Assembly: GCA_002328075.1 (NCBI GenBank)
Contig: DCVT01000015.1
Location: 75,971-139,970 of the forward strand
Direction of reading: 5' to 3'
From: Anaerolineales bacterium UBA2181
GTDB lineage: Bacteria > Chloroflexota > Anaerolineae > Promineifilales > UBA4811
DNA length: 64,000 nucleotides
This document shows positions 17,916 to 26,566 of the stretch, one piece after another (positions within the stretch are counted from its first letter, which is position 1; each line of letters opens with the position of its first letter). The translations under genes and the position numbers were made by a program. Under the pieces are notes generated by a model that saw nothing but the letters and a program-made list of their open reading frames with translations, searched no databases and was not told the DNA's origin.

Positions 17916-18701
17916 ATGAAAATCCTGATATTCTCGGACCTCCATGCTCATTGGGAGGCGCTGTTTTGGATGCAGCGGGTGGAGTCCAAACCCGATGCGG
18001 TCCTGTTTGTGGGCGACATTGTGGGTTTTGGGCCGGATCCGGTGCTGTGCACCCAATGGATCCGCGCCAATTCCACTGCGGCGGTTCAGGGAAACCATGA
18101 TTATGGGGTGGCCAACAACGTCTGCGGCGGGATCCCAATTGAGGTCCATGACCTGGCTCTGGCAACCCATTCTCATGCCTGGAAGGTCCTTCCCAAAGCG
18201 GAGATGGACTATCTGCGGAACATGCCGCAGCAGGCAACCGTCACCCTGGGCGGGGCGCGATTTCACCTGGTTCACGGAACCCCGGTGGAGCCCATGTATG
18301 GCGTAGCGAATCTACTTTTCTCGCGTCAGGATCACCTCCGGTCACTTTTGGCGGACACGCCGGCCGAGACGGCTGACGTGGTGCTGATGGCCAATACCCA
18401 TGTTCCGGCGATACGACAGCTAGATCGAAAACTATTGGTCAACCCGGGCAGTCTGGGCCAGCCGCGGTACGGCGTGCCAGATCCGACCTACGCTATCTGG
18501 GAGGACGGCAATGTGCGTATCCGGCACTTGCACATCTCTCACGATCAGACCATCGCCAAGATTGGTCTCTTGCCGTTGGAACCTTCCATCATCCAACGGC
18601 TGCAGGAGATCTTGATGACGGGACATCTGGTATTGCCAAAGGGGATGACAGTCGAGGAACTCAAGCGCAAACACGAGATGGCACACGGCGCGTATTGGTA
18701 G
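17916..18701 (+). CDS. Calcineurin-like metallophosphoesterase
   Basis: Motifs SDLHAH, VGDIVGFGPDP, GNHD and the HLVHGTP..NTH series. Confidence 0.75.
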   Translation: MKILIFSDLHAHWEALFWMQRVESKPDAVLFVGDIVGFGPDPVLCTQWIRANSTAAVQGNHDYGVANNVCGGIPIEVHDLALATHSHAWKVLPKAEMDYLRNMPQQATVTLGGARFHLVHGTPVEPMYGVANLLFSRQDHLRSLLADTPAETADVVLMANTHVPAIRQLDRKLLVNPGSLGQPRYGVPDPTYAIWEDGNVRIRHLHISHDQTIAKIGLLPLEPSIIQRLQEILMTGHLVLPKGMTVEELKRKHEMAHGAYW

Positions 18702-18723
18702 ACACAAGTGTGGAGGCTAAACC

Positions 18724-19404
18724 ATGTTGGTTAGTGACCTGATGACACCCAATCCTGTAACAGTCCTACCCGGGGTTTCGGTGGCAGCAGCGGCGGAAAC
18801 GATGGAGAAGCGTGGGATCCGGCACCTTCCGGTGGTGGATGAGCGTGGTGCGCTTGTTGGCCTGGTGACCAGGCCGACGCTTGCCCGGGCTTTGCCGGGT
18901 ACTGGAACCCATCTGACCCGGTTCGAGTACAATTACTTGATGGCATCGACGCAAGTGGGCGAGGTCATGATATCTGAGCCGGCCTGCATCGCGCCGGATT
19001 CAGCCGCCGAGGAGGCGGCGCGCATCATGAACGCCAAACGGATCAGCAGCCTGCTGGTGGTGCACGAAGGACAGCTTAATGGGATCATTACCGACACGGA
19101 TATCTTTGGCGCCCTGTTGGTTCTCATGGGTGCCCGCCGGCCGGGGGTCCGGTTGACCGTTCATATCCTGGACCGTGCCGGACAAATGGCCAAGGTCACG
19201 TCCGCTATCGCAGAACGGGGCGGTAATCTATCCGCGGTAGGCGGCTGGTATCTGAAAGACCGGCCGGAGATTTACGGTGCGATCCTCAAGGTGGAGAATC
19301 TCACCAAGGAGCAGGCAGTGGCTGCCATAAGTAACCTGGCCGATGTGAGGGTGGTGGATGTTCGTGGAGAGGAGGTTTTCCACCAACAGAACGTGGCCAG
19401 GTAA
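18724..19404 (+). CDS. CBS-pair plus ACT domain protein (AcuB-like)
   Basis: There are two CBS repeats (MTPNPVTV..GIRHLPVVDERGALVGLVT; MISEPACI..RISSLLVVHEGQLNGIITDTD). The C-terminus is an ACT-like segment. Confidence 0.7.
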   Translation: MLVSDLMTPNPVTVLPGVSVAAAAETMEKRGIRHLPVVDERGALVGLVTRPTLARALPGTGTHLTRFEYNYLMASTQVGEVMISEPACIAPDSAAEEAARIMNAKRISSLLVVHEGQLNGIITDTDIFGALLVLMGARRPGVRLTVHILDRAGQMAKVTSAIAERGGNLSAVGGWYLKDRPEIYGAILKVENLTKEQAVAAISNLADVRVVDVRGEEVFHQQNVAR

Positions 19405-19465
19405 TTGCCGGTGCGTACAAGGCTCTGATCGGGCCGGCACCGTCGGGTCCAAGACGCAAGGAGGT

Positions 19466-20902
19466 ATGATGCCCGTCAAGGTACCTTGGATGAAAGGGGT
19501 TTTTCCAGCGCTGGTGACTCCCTTTTTCCGCAAAACGGAAGAGGTGGACGAAGCAGCCTACCGGAGACTCATTCGGCATTGTCTGCCGCAGGTCAACGGT
19601 TTGGTGACCAGCGGCACGACCGGTGAGTTCAACTATCTCTCAAGGCAGGAACAGCAGCGATTGGTGGAGATCGCCGTGGAAGAGGCCAACGGGAAGCCGG
19701 TAGTCGCTGGGTGTGGCGCCGAGGGCACAGCCGGGGCTATTGCGCTGGCCAAGGATGCTGCGCAAGCGGGTGCAACCGGAATTCTGGTGGTCACTCCCTA
19801 TTTCATGCACCCCTCGGACAAGGGCGTCTTTCAGCATTTCCACGACATTGCTCGGGCGGTGGACATCCCGATGATTCTCTACAACATACCCCAGGTGGTA
19901 GACCGATACCTGCCCCGCCCGGTGGTGGAGGATTTGGCGGATCTGCCTACCGTGGTTGGCATCAAGGATTCGTCAGGCGATCTGACCTACACCATGGAGC
20001 TGCTGGAGTATGTTGGCGACCGAATCGACGTGTTCGTGGGACATGATGAGGTAGTGCTGCCCGCCCTGGCAGGCGGCGTCAGCGGAATGATCTTGGCCAG
20101 CGCCCAGGTTTTTCCAGAAGTCTGGCAGGCAGTGCTGCGCCTGGCCGCGGAGGGGAACTTGGCCGCTGCTCGGCGGGCGCAGATGCAGGTGCAAAAACTC
20201 TCGCGCATCTTCTGCCGGCATGGAGGGGGCGTCGCCGTCAAAGCAGCGCTCAAGATGATGGAATTGGACATGGGGCCACCCCGCCGTCCGCTCAAGGATG
20301 CTGGCGGTGCGCTGCTGCACGAGACACGGGCAGAGATCCAGCTAGAGCTGGAAAGGTTGGGCAAGATCGCATCGGGCGTATCGGCGGTGACCTACCCAAC
20401 CGGGCCGCTTGTTGACCGTTTCGCTGATCTGGAAATCACGGCCGAGATCATCGCAACGCACGAATTGCGCACCGGCAGCGGTAGTGCAGGCGACGGACTG
20501 CACCAAGTGCAAATTGACCTTGTCGCTGGACGGAAAAGCGGTCCGTTGGGAGATGCGTACGCGCTGCAGTTGACCTATCCGCTGCACGGCCGCGAAGCAC
20601 TGACCGCCATCCTGGAACCTAACCTCACGGTTCGGCCATCGACGCTGATCCTTCCGACACTGCCGCAAAAGAACCTGCGGCAGGCGAACATGATTTACGG
20701 CCCGACCCAACTGGGGGTGGCTCGCGCTATCGTGGATTTGCTGCAGTTGGGGTTGATTGGACCAGACTCGGTGCAGAATGACGTTATGGTGGCCTTGGCT
20801 ACGCTTCATCCCAAGGCGCTGGACCGGCGTGCTCTGTACCATGCCGCCTATCAGGCAGCGCGTGGCGCGGTGCAGCAGGCCTTCACCCAGGAGGTGAGAT
20901 AA
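19466..20902 (+). CDS. DHDPS/NAL-family class I aldolase fused to a formaldehyde-activating-enzyme (Fae)-like C-terminal domain
   Basis: The N-terminal ~300 aa have GTTGEF, LYNIPQ and a Schiff-base Lys context GIKDSSGD. The C-terminal ~150 aa resemble Fae (GDGLHQVQIDLVAGRKSGP, LEPNL..RPSTLILP, MIYGPTQLGVARAIVDL). An AAGGAGG RBS sits just upstream, and ATG 19469 is an alternative start. Confidence 0.65.
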   Translation: MMPVKVPWMKGVFPALVTPFFRKTEEVDEAAYRRLIRHCLPQVNGLVTSGTTGEFNYLSRQEQQRLVEIAVEEANGKPVVAGCGAEGTAGAIALAKDAAQAGATGILVVTPYFMHPSDKGVFQHFHDIARAVDIPMILYNIPQVVDRYLPRPVVEDLADLPTVVGIKDSSGDLTYTMELLEYVGDRIDVFVGHDEVVLPALAGGVSGMILASAQVFPEVWQAVLRLAAEGNLAAARRAQMQVQKLSRIFCRHGGGVAVKAALKMMELDMGPPRRPLKDAGGALLHETRAEIQLELERLGKIASGVSAVTYPTGPLVDRFADLEITAEIIATHELRTGSGSAGDGLHQVQIDLVAGRKSGPLGDAYALQLTYPLHGREALTAILEPNLTVRPSTLILPTLPQKNLRQANMIYGPTQLGVARAIVDLLQLGLIGPDSVQNDVMVALATLHPKALDRRALYHAAYQAARGAVQQAFTQEVR

Positions 20903-22380
20903 TGGGGTACAAAACCGAATGGCTGCAAGGCATCTTTCCGGCCCTGGTGACCCCGTTTGACCATCATGACCGTTTTGATGAGGAGGCATACCGTCGACTC
21001 ATCCGCTGGGTGCTGCCCTATGTGAATGGCGTGGTGCCGGCAGGTACGACCGGTGAGTTTTGTTATCTCACGCCGGCCGAACGGCTGCGAGTCATAGAGG
21101 TGGCAGTCGATGAGGTAGGCGGTCAGGTGCCGGTAGTCGCCGGTACCGGGGCTGCTTCTACGCGTCAAACGGTAGAGCTCACGCGTCAGGCACAACTGGC
21201 AGGGGCTGCTGCAGCTCTGGTGGTTGCGCCGTACTATCTGAAACCTTCGTTCAACGAGGTGTACGACCATTTCCGACAGGTCGATGCTGTTGGTTTGCCC
21301 TTAGTCCTCTACAACCTGCCCCAGTGCGCCGGAACGCATTTTCGCTGGTGGACGGCAGAGGGAATGTTATTGGACCTGGAAAACGTGATCGGTATCAAGG
21401 ATACGTCCGGTGACATGTCGTTCATGGCCGCTCTGTTTGAGAAGGTGCGGGGCAAGGTGAGCATCTTTACCGGGCATGACGAGGTGGCGCTGGCAGCGTT
21501 TGCCAGCGGCGCCGATGGCGCCATTCTGGCCAGCGCCAACCTGATTCCAGACGTCTGGCAACGCATCTTGCAGGCGGTGCGATCGGGTGATCTGGCCGCT
21601 GCTCAGGCTGATCAGGAGCGCATTCAGAAACTGGTGCGGATCGTCACCCAAACCGCCGGGTCGCAGGCCGTCAAGGAGGCGCTCACGGCGATGGGTCTGC
21701 CCATGGGAGAATCGCGCCATCCGATTGTTCGCGGAGATGCGTTCAAGCGCGAAGATTATGAAGAACTCCGGCTTCAGTTGGAGGTGCCTGGGATAGACAA
21801 GATCATCCGTCAACCCGTCACCTATGACCTCAGCTCAAGAACGGTGCGCACGGCCGTATTCTCGACGCCGCAGACGCCCAACTTGGTGGACGGCTGGGAG
21901 ATGAAGGTGGGCGAAGGATTTGCCGGGCCGCCCTTCCAGGAGTTGGCTCACGTGGACCTTTTGATCGGCCGGAAGGACGGGCCAGTTGGCCGGGCTGTGG
22001 AGCGCTCATTGGCCGGGTGGGGTGAGGCCCGGGGTCTGAGAATCATCAATGACCGGCCGCGCACGCTGCTGGTCCCAACTGTCACCCTGCGGTCTGCTCG
22101 AAGCAGAGAACTATTCTACGATCATGCGGCTCGGGGAGTGAATTTGGCCATCAACCTGAGCCAGCAGGATGGCTTTCTGCCGGAGGAACTGCTGGACGAT
22201 ATTGTGATAATCGCCAACGTTTTTGTCCATCCATCGGCCTGCATTGCCATGAGGGTCTTTGGCAACAATTACAAGGCCACCCGGCATGCTATCCGCAAGG
22301 CCATCGAGGGCCGGCCGACGACTGAGGAACTGATAGCCGAAAAGGATGCGGCGCGGCACCCATTTCGGTACGCACCGTAG
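20902..22380 (+). CDS. Second DHDPS-family::Fae-like fusion protein (tandem paralog)
   Basis: It has GTTGEF, LYNLPQ and GIKDTSGD. The C-terminus is Fae-like (ELAHVDLLIGRKDGPVG, RPRTLLVPTV, IIANVFVHPSA). It overlaps the upstream gene as TAATG. Confidence 0.65.
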   Translation: MGYKTEWLQGIFPALVTPFDHHDRFDEEAYRRLIRWVLPYVNGVVPAGTTGEFCYLTPAERLRVIEVAVDEVGGQVPVVAGTGAASTRQTVELTRQAQLAGAAAALVVAPYYLKPSFNEVYDHFRQVDAVGLPLVLYNLPQCAGTHFRWWTAEGMLLDLENVIGIKDTSGDMSFMAALFEKVRGKVSIFTGHDEVALAAFASGADGAILASANLIPDVWQRILQAVRSGDLAAAQADQERIQKLVRIVTQTAGSQAVKEALTAMGLPMGESRHPIVRGDAFKREDYEELRLQLEVPGIDKIIRQPVTYDLSSRTVRTAVFSTPQTPNLVDGWEMKVGEGFAGPPFQELAHVDLLIGRKDGPVGRAVERSLAGWGEARGLRIINDRPRTLLVPTVTLRSARSRELFYDHAARGVNLAINLSQQDGFLPEELLDDIVIIANVFVHPSACIAMRVFGNNYKATRHAIRKAIEGRPTTEELIAEKDAARHPFRYAP

Positions 22381-22404
22381 TCTGGTTCTCTCGCATGGGG
22401 CACA

Positions 22405-22433
22405 CCTGGACCCAGGTCAAACCTGGGTCCAGG
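22405..22433. terminator. Bidirectional hairpin between convergent genes
   Basis: CCTGGACCCAGGT-caa-ACCTGGGTCCAGG forms a perfect 13-bp stem lying exactly between stop codons 22378-22380 (+) and 22434-22436 (-). There is no clear U tract. Confidence 0.5.
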
Positions 22434-23744
22434 CTATTGGCTGGCCAGAAGCGCCTCGAGATCGGCATAACTCTTTAACGCGGCCACGCTCTCCAGGAAC
22501 GCCTGCAGCGATGGGCTCTTTTGGCGCAAGGCGACCACCGCTGGACCAACTGGGTCCTCACCCTGTTCGCCAGGCTCGTCCGCATATGCACCGTAGAATG
22601 CAAAGTAGGCTTGATTGAGTTTGCGGATCTGGTAACCGTTCGCCCAAAATACCTGGCGCCGGGCTTCCATGTGACTTTCTGCCTCGGCAATACGACCCTC
22701 TTCCAGCAGTGCGTCCACCGTCAGGCGGGTCTGGCGCATCTCGGCTCGGAAATCAAAGGCCGGCGGAGCGGCGTTGAGGTTTGACGCCGCGGCTCCGGTC
22801 TGCGTGAGCGGCGGAATTCGCTCGGGGTAGAACCGGAGCAGAGCTTGGGCACCGATCTCATTACCGACGATACTGGCAGTTGTCTCATTCATGGTGCGCA
22901 ACTCGGGGTTGGCATCGTATCGAATTCCAAGCGGCCGGAGGGTGAGGTAGTGGTGCGTCCACTCATGAGCCGCGGTGTTCAAGACCCAATCCAGCGCAGT
23001 CGATTCGAACAACATGGCAGGGTAGGCTCCCAGACCGCCGATGTTGACGACCAGCGACGAGACCCCCAATTGCTGATCTACTGCGGTTTCTATAGCCAGT
23101 CGATCGGCCTCATCCAGCCCATGCACCAAAGGCACGAAGCGGACGGCCTCTATTCGGTCGCGCGGGGAGACAACCAGCATGGCGGGCAACGGGGTGAAGT
23201 GCAGCTGCACCGGCGGGAAGACCCGGCCGGCCCACGTCAGACCGGTATCCGCCAGAACGGCTGCGACCTGCTCCTGAATGATGCCCTCGGCCATGGGCTG
23301 CACAGCGGCCAAACCACGGCGCGCCTCTTGTAGAATGAGCACCATGTCCGCTGCTGCGCGTTCGGGCGCGCCCACCGATGGGTCCGCATACACGGCAGCC
23401 ACCTGCGCCTCTAGCCTTTGCACGGAGCTCAACTGCTCCGTCCAATCCACGACGATCCGTTTCTGCAGTTCCGTATCCACATAGGTATGAGGTGGTGCAA
23501 GGGCGTATCGCGCCTTGGAGGAAAGCGTCAACAGCTCCCAACTCACAAAGTCAAAGCGGCGGTTGCGGAAAATAGAATCATAGACCGCATCGTCTCCGAC
23601 CCGGCCCGATCGCTCGCCCGGAAGGGCGATGACAAACGCGCAGACCAAGGCTAACCAGAGAATTCGGACCGATGATCGGCCCAGGTCTCCGGAGCGGCCG
23701 GCGGCACGCAGCATCGTCGTGCCGGCTGACACCCCGAGGATCAC
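22434..23744 (-). CDS. Membrane-anchored hypothetical protein with HExxH motif (putative Zn metalloprotease)
   Basis: It has an N-terminal hydrophobic anchor (ILWLALVCAFVIAL) and AAHEWTHHY. I recognise no further family. Confidence 0.4.
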   Translation of the reverse strand: MILGVSAGTTMLRAAGRSGDLGRSSVRILWLALVCAFVIALPGERSGRVGDDAVYDSIFRNRRFDFVSWELLTLSSKARYALAPPHTYVDTELQKRIVVDWTEQLSSVQRLEAQVAAVYADPSVGAPERAAADMVLILQEARRGLAAVQPMAEGIIQEQVAAVLADTGLTWAGRVFPPVQLHFTPLPAMLVVSPRDRIEAVRFVPLVHGLDEADRLAIETAVDQQLGVSSLVVNIGGLGAYPAMLFESTALDWVLNTAAHEWTHHYLTLRPLGIRYDANPELRTMNETTASIVGNEIGAQALLRFYPERIPPLTQTGAAASNLNAAPPAFDFRAEMRQTRLTVDALLEEGRIAEAESHMEARRQVFWANGYQIRKLNQAYFAFYGAYADEPGEQGEDPVGPAVVALRQKSPSLQAFLESVAALKSYADLEALLASQ

Positions 23745-24577
23745 GGCTGCGCTCCCAAAACCAGGGCCCGGTAATCGGTCAATTGGATGCCCAGTTCAGC
23801 GATACGCAAGCGGACCTGGGGATCAAGGAGCGCTGCATAGTCTCCCATGCGCCAGCCCTCCGTTCCCGGATGGCACAAAAGCTCGGTGGTCCCTTCGCCC
23901 AGGTTGTCCAGAATGCGCAACAGGTGCGGCACGGTCCTGCTTCCCTCCTGGGAAAAAGATGACTCCCAGTAATTGGTGCGGGCAAGACCGTGTTCCGCCA
24001 CTATCTGGCGATATCGGCGGCCCATCCGCATGATGAGCCGGCGTGGGAATCCTCCATAAGCGGTGGAGAGTGCGCCTGCCTTGTCTTCCAGCGCGTCGTC
24101 AAACGGGAGGCGGACGGCGACGCGGCCGAAATCGACTGCCAGTTGGACGCTTAACCTGAACCAGGCCGGAAACACATAGGGGTAATGGCAATGCAGGTCC
24201 AGGTGAGAAGGGTTGCGTCCGGTGTCGGCGATGAAACGTTCGATTTGTGCTCTCCATTCGTCCATCAGTTGGTTGCGGGAGATGAGAGGGTAGCGGAGCA
24301 GGAGCCCGGTGCCGTCGCGCATGATGCCGAAATCGTTGACCAGGCTACCGACCCTTTCCACCGGAAGGACCGGCCGCCCGTCGTTCATCACCAGGTGCAC
24401 GCCGGCGTCCCATTCAGGATGGGCCCGAAGAAGAGCCGCCGCCCGAGGCCAATCGGGTTGGTTTACCATCGCGCTGGTGCTGGTCAAAATGCCGACCTGG
24501 AAAAGCTCGGAAATGGCATCTACCGTCCCCTCCGGGCTTCCCAGATCATCAGCGTGGACTATCAGATGGCGGGTCAT
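23741..24577 (-). CDS. YdjC/ChbG-family carbohydrate deacetylase
   Basis: The N-terminal LIVHADDLGSPEG and the HLDLHCHYP-type His cluster are typical of the YdjC family. Its stop overlaps the start of the downstream gene. Confidence 0.7.
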   Translation of the reverse strand: MTRHLIVHADDLGSPEGTVDAISELFQVGILTSTSAMVNQPDWPRAAALLRAHPEWDAGVHLVMNDGRPVLPVERVGSLVNDFGIMRDGTGLLLRYPLISRNQLMDEWRAQIERFIADTGRNPSHLDLHCHYPYVFPAWFRLSVQLAVDFGRVAVRLPFDDALEDKAGALSTAYGGFPRRLIMRMGRRYRQIVAEHGLARTNYWESSFSQEGSRTVPHLLRILDNLGEGTTELLCHPGTEGWRMGDYAALLDPQVRLRIAELGIQLTDYRALVLGAQP

Positions 24578-24651
24578 TCGATTTCTCCTATGCTCATCCG
24601 GCGGAGCTATTTGTACCCCACATTTGCCGCCGGGTCAATTGGTTGGCCTCC

Positions 24652-24681
24652 CTTGGCGCGAGGCGCCACCGGCAGTATAAT
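24652..24681 (+). promoter_or_regulatory. Possible sigma70-type promoter for the epimerase gene
   Basis: TTGGCG (24652-24657), an 18-nt spacer, then TATAAT (24676-24681). GTGAGGAG serves as the RBS before ATG 24705. Confidence 0.35.
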
Positions 24682-24704
24682 GCGGGAAAAGTGAGGAGCG
24701 CGGA

Positions 24705-25646
24705 ATGCGGTTCTTGGTGACCGGGGGAGCAGGATTCATCGGCCGGGCGTTATGCGGCCGACTGGTGCAACAAGGGCACGAGGTGCGGGTGATCGATGAC
24801 CTCAGTGCGGGGGACGAGAGCGCGTTGGACGCCAGGGTGTTGTTCACTCGCGGCGACGTAAACGACGTTCCCAAGTTGTGGATGTTGCTGCAGGACGTGG
24901 ATTGTGTCTTTCATCTGGCAGCCAGGGTATCGGTTCCGCAGTCCATCTTGTACCCGCGCGAGTATAACGCTGCCAATGTGGGTGGGACGGTCAGCGTGAT
25001 GGAAGCCATGCGCGATGCCGGCGTGGGCAGAGTGATCTTTGCGTCCTCTGGCGCTGTGTATGGAGAACACGCTGCTCAGCCTGTCAGTGAGCGAGTGTCA
25101 GCACGGCCGGATACTCCCTATGCCGTCAGCAAGCTGGCGGCCGAGCATTACGTGCACACCATCGGCGCGCTGGGGGGCATCGAGACTGTCTGTCTCCGGG
25201 TATTCAACGCCTACGGTCCGGGCCAGCAGCTGCCCGCGTCGCACTGGCCCGTGGTAGCGCGATTCATGAGCCAGACGCTGGGTGGGGGCTCGGTAGTCGT
25301 GTACGGCACAGGTGAACAGACTCGCGATTATGTCTTTATCGATGACGTGGTGGAGGCTCTGCTTTCGGCAGCCACGGCAAGGCGAGTCGAACGTTGGACG
25401 CTGAACATCGGCAGCGGAGTAGAGACCACCGTGTTGGGGCTGGTGCGGGCGGTGGAAAGGGCCACTGGACGAGAGGCGCATGTCCTGTACAACCCGCAAG
25501 AGGGTGCGGGTGTGTCACGACTCTGCGCGGACATTTCGCTGGCCCGCGAGCGGCTGGATTACCGCCCGTCGGTTGGCCTGGATGAAGGCCTGCGGCTCAC
25601 ATTGGAGCGAGACCCACGCTTTTCCGGACGCCACAAACGCCGGTAA
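24705..25646 (+). CDS. NAD-dependent epimerase/dehydratase (UDP-sugar 4-epimerase-like SDR)
   Basis: VTGGAGFIGRAL Rossmann motif, SSGAVYG, and the catalytic YAVSK (YxxxK). Confidence 0.85.
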   Translation: MRFLVTGGAGFIGRALCGRLVQQGHEVRVIDDLSAGDESALDARVLFTRGDVNDVPKLWMLLQDVDCVFHLAARVSVPQSILYPREYNAANVGGTVSVMEAMRDAGVGRVIFASSGAVYGEHAAQPVSERVSARPDTPYAVSKLAAEHYVHTIGALGGIETVCLRVFNAYGPGQQLPASHWPVVARFMSQTLGGGSVVVYGTGEQTRDYVFIDDVVEALLSAATARRVERWTLNIGSGVETTVLGLVRAVERATGREAHVLYNPQEGAGVSRLCADISLARERLDYRPSVGLDEGLRLTLERDPRFSGRHKRR

Positions 25647-25675
25647 GTAGATCCTGGTCACCGCAAAGACGCTGC

Positions 25676-25703
25676 TTGACATGTGGGGTCGATTTGCTAG
25701 TAT
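25676..25703 (+). promoter_or_regulatory. Possible promoter for trxA
   Basis: TTGACA (25676-25681), a 16-nt spacer, then TAGTAT (25698-25703). Confidence 0.4.
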
Positions 25704-25738
25704 TGCCGGGCTTGAACCAGGGTAAGAGGAGTTTATGT

Positions 25739-26080
25739 ATGTCAAATCTACTCGAGATCACCGATCAGAATTTCCAGCACGAAGTTCTCGAGTCGCAGGT
25801 GCCGGTCTTGGTTGACCTTTGGGCAGTCTGGTGTGGACCATGCCGAATGGTTGGGCCGATCATTGAGCAACTGGCAGACGAATACGCCGGCAGGCTTAAG
25901 GTCGGGAAGGTGGACGTGGACACCAACCCCGTGACCCCGCAGGAATACGGGGTGCAGGGAATACCGACGGTCATTCTGTTCAAACAGGGAGAAGAGGTGG
26001 CGCGGGTGGTTGGTTCCCGGCCCAAACCTCAGTTTGTCTCGATGATTGAGCCGTACCTGGATTCGGTTGCTCAGGATTGA
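25739..26080 (+). CDS. trxA: Thioredoxin
   Basis: WAVWCGPCR active site and GIPTVILFKQGE. ATG 25739 is preceded by AAGAGGAG. Confidence 0.9.
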   Translation: MSNLLEITDQNFQHEVLESQVPVLVDLWAVWCGPCRMVGPIIEQLADEYAGRLKVGKVDVDTNPVTPQEYGVQGIPTVILFKQGEEVARVVGSRPKPQFVSMIEPYLDSVAQD

Positions 26081-26105
26081 CACGGCTCGCGGCTGCTGGT
26101 ATAGT
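26077..26105 (+). promoter_or_regulatory. Consensus sigma70 promoter driving the T-box leader
   Basis: TTGACA (26077-26082), an exact 17-nt spacer, then TATAGT (26100-26105). It overlaps the trxA stop codon. Confidence 0.55.
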
Positions 26106-26111
26106 ATCGCA

Positions 26112-26455
26112 CAATCGAATAAGCAAAGACGTAGATCAGGAATAGTAAGCGTTCAAACGGGGTCACAGAGAGCCGGCGCAGGTGAGAGGTCGGTACCCAC
26201 GAGGATGCTGAATGGGCCTGGGAGTTGCGCAGCCGAAGCCGAGTAGGTTGCGCCGGAGGCACCACCGTTATCATGGTGAGGGTATCGCTCCGAATTCTTC
26301 CGGAGCTTGTACCTCACAAGTGGGGCTGGCTATCCACAACGCGCCGTCACTGACGGCGTTTTTTGTTTCTGGATGGCTGCCCAAGCAGGGTGGCACCGCG
26401 GGTGTTGTCGAATCACAGCGCTCGTCCTTGATCGGACGAGCGCTGTTTCTTTTGC
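26112..26455 (+). promoter_or_regulatory. T-box leader RNA, tryptophan specifier (UGG)
   Basis: Stem I elements occur in canonical order: AGUA (26144-47), CAGAGAG (26166-72), GGUGAGAG distal loop (26181-88), and the helix AGCGUUC/GGAUGCU. The specifier loop GAA-UGG-G has its codon at 26213-26215. The T-box sequence AGCAGGGUGGCACCGCGGG is at 26384-26402, and its UGGC bulge fits a G73 tRNA such as tRNA-Trp. The terminator has a 13-bp perfect stem at 26415-26446 followed by UUCUUUUG. Confidence 0.8.
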
Positions 26456-26566
26456 CGCAGTGCCGGTTTGAGCAAGCATACGAGGTGAACCTGTTTTGAT
26501 AGGCGTGTCTTTTGTCGAGGACAAGCTGCACCCGCATCAGTCAGTTCAAAAAAGGAGCAGAGCAAC

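Noticed and set aside
26249-26263. Alternative specifier reading A-GGC-A (glycine) after the long-range helix CCGGCGCA/TGCGCCGG
   Set aside because: The canonical order AGUA, AGAGAG, GGUG, GAA-codon-purine and the closing helix fit UGG at 26213-15. The UGGC T-box bulge implies a G73 tRNA, not the U73 typical of tRNA-Gly. The downstream gene is TrpB-like.
26342-26364. GC hairpin plus T6 run, considered as the trxA terminator or as the end of a separate first riboswitch (tandem T-boxes)
   Set aside because: It lies downstream of the consensus promoter at 26077-26105 and between Stem I/II and the T-box sequence, the position of Stem III. The remaining 85 nt are too short to hold a second Stem I. 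It is kept only as a note within the T-box finding.
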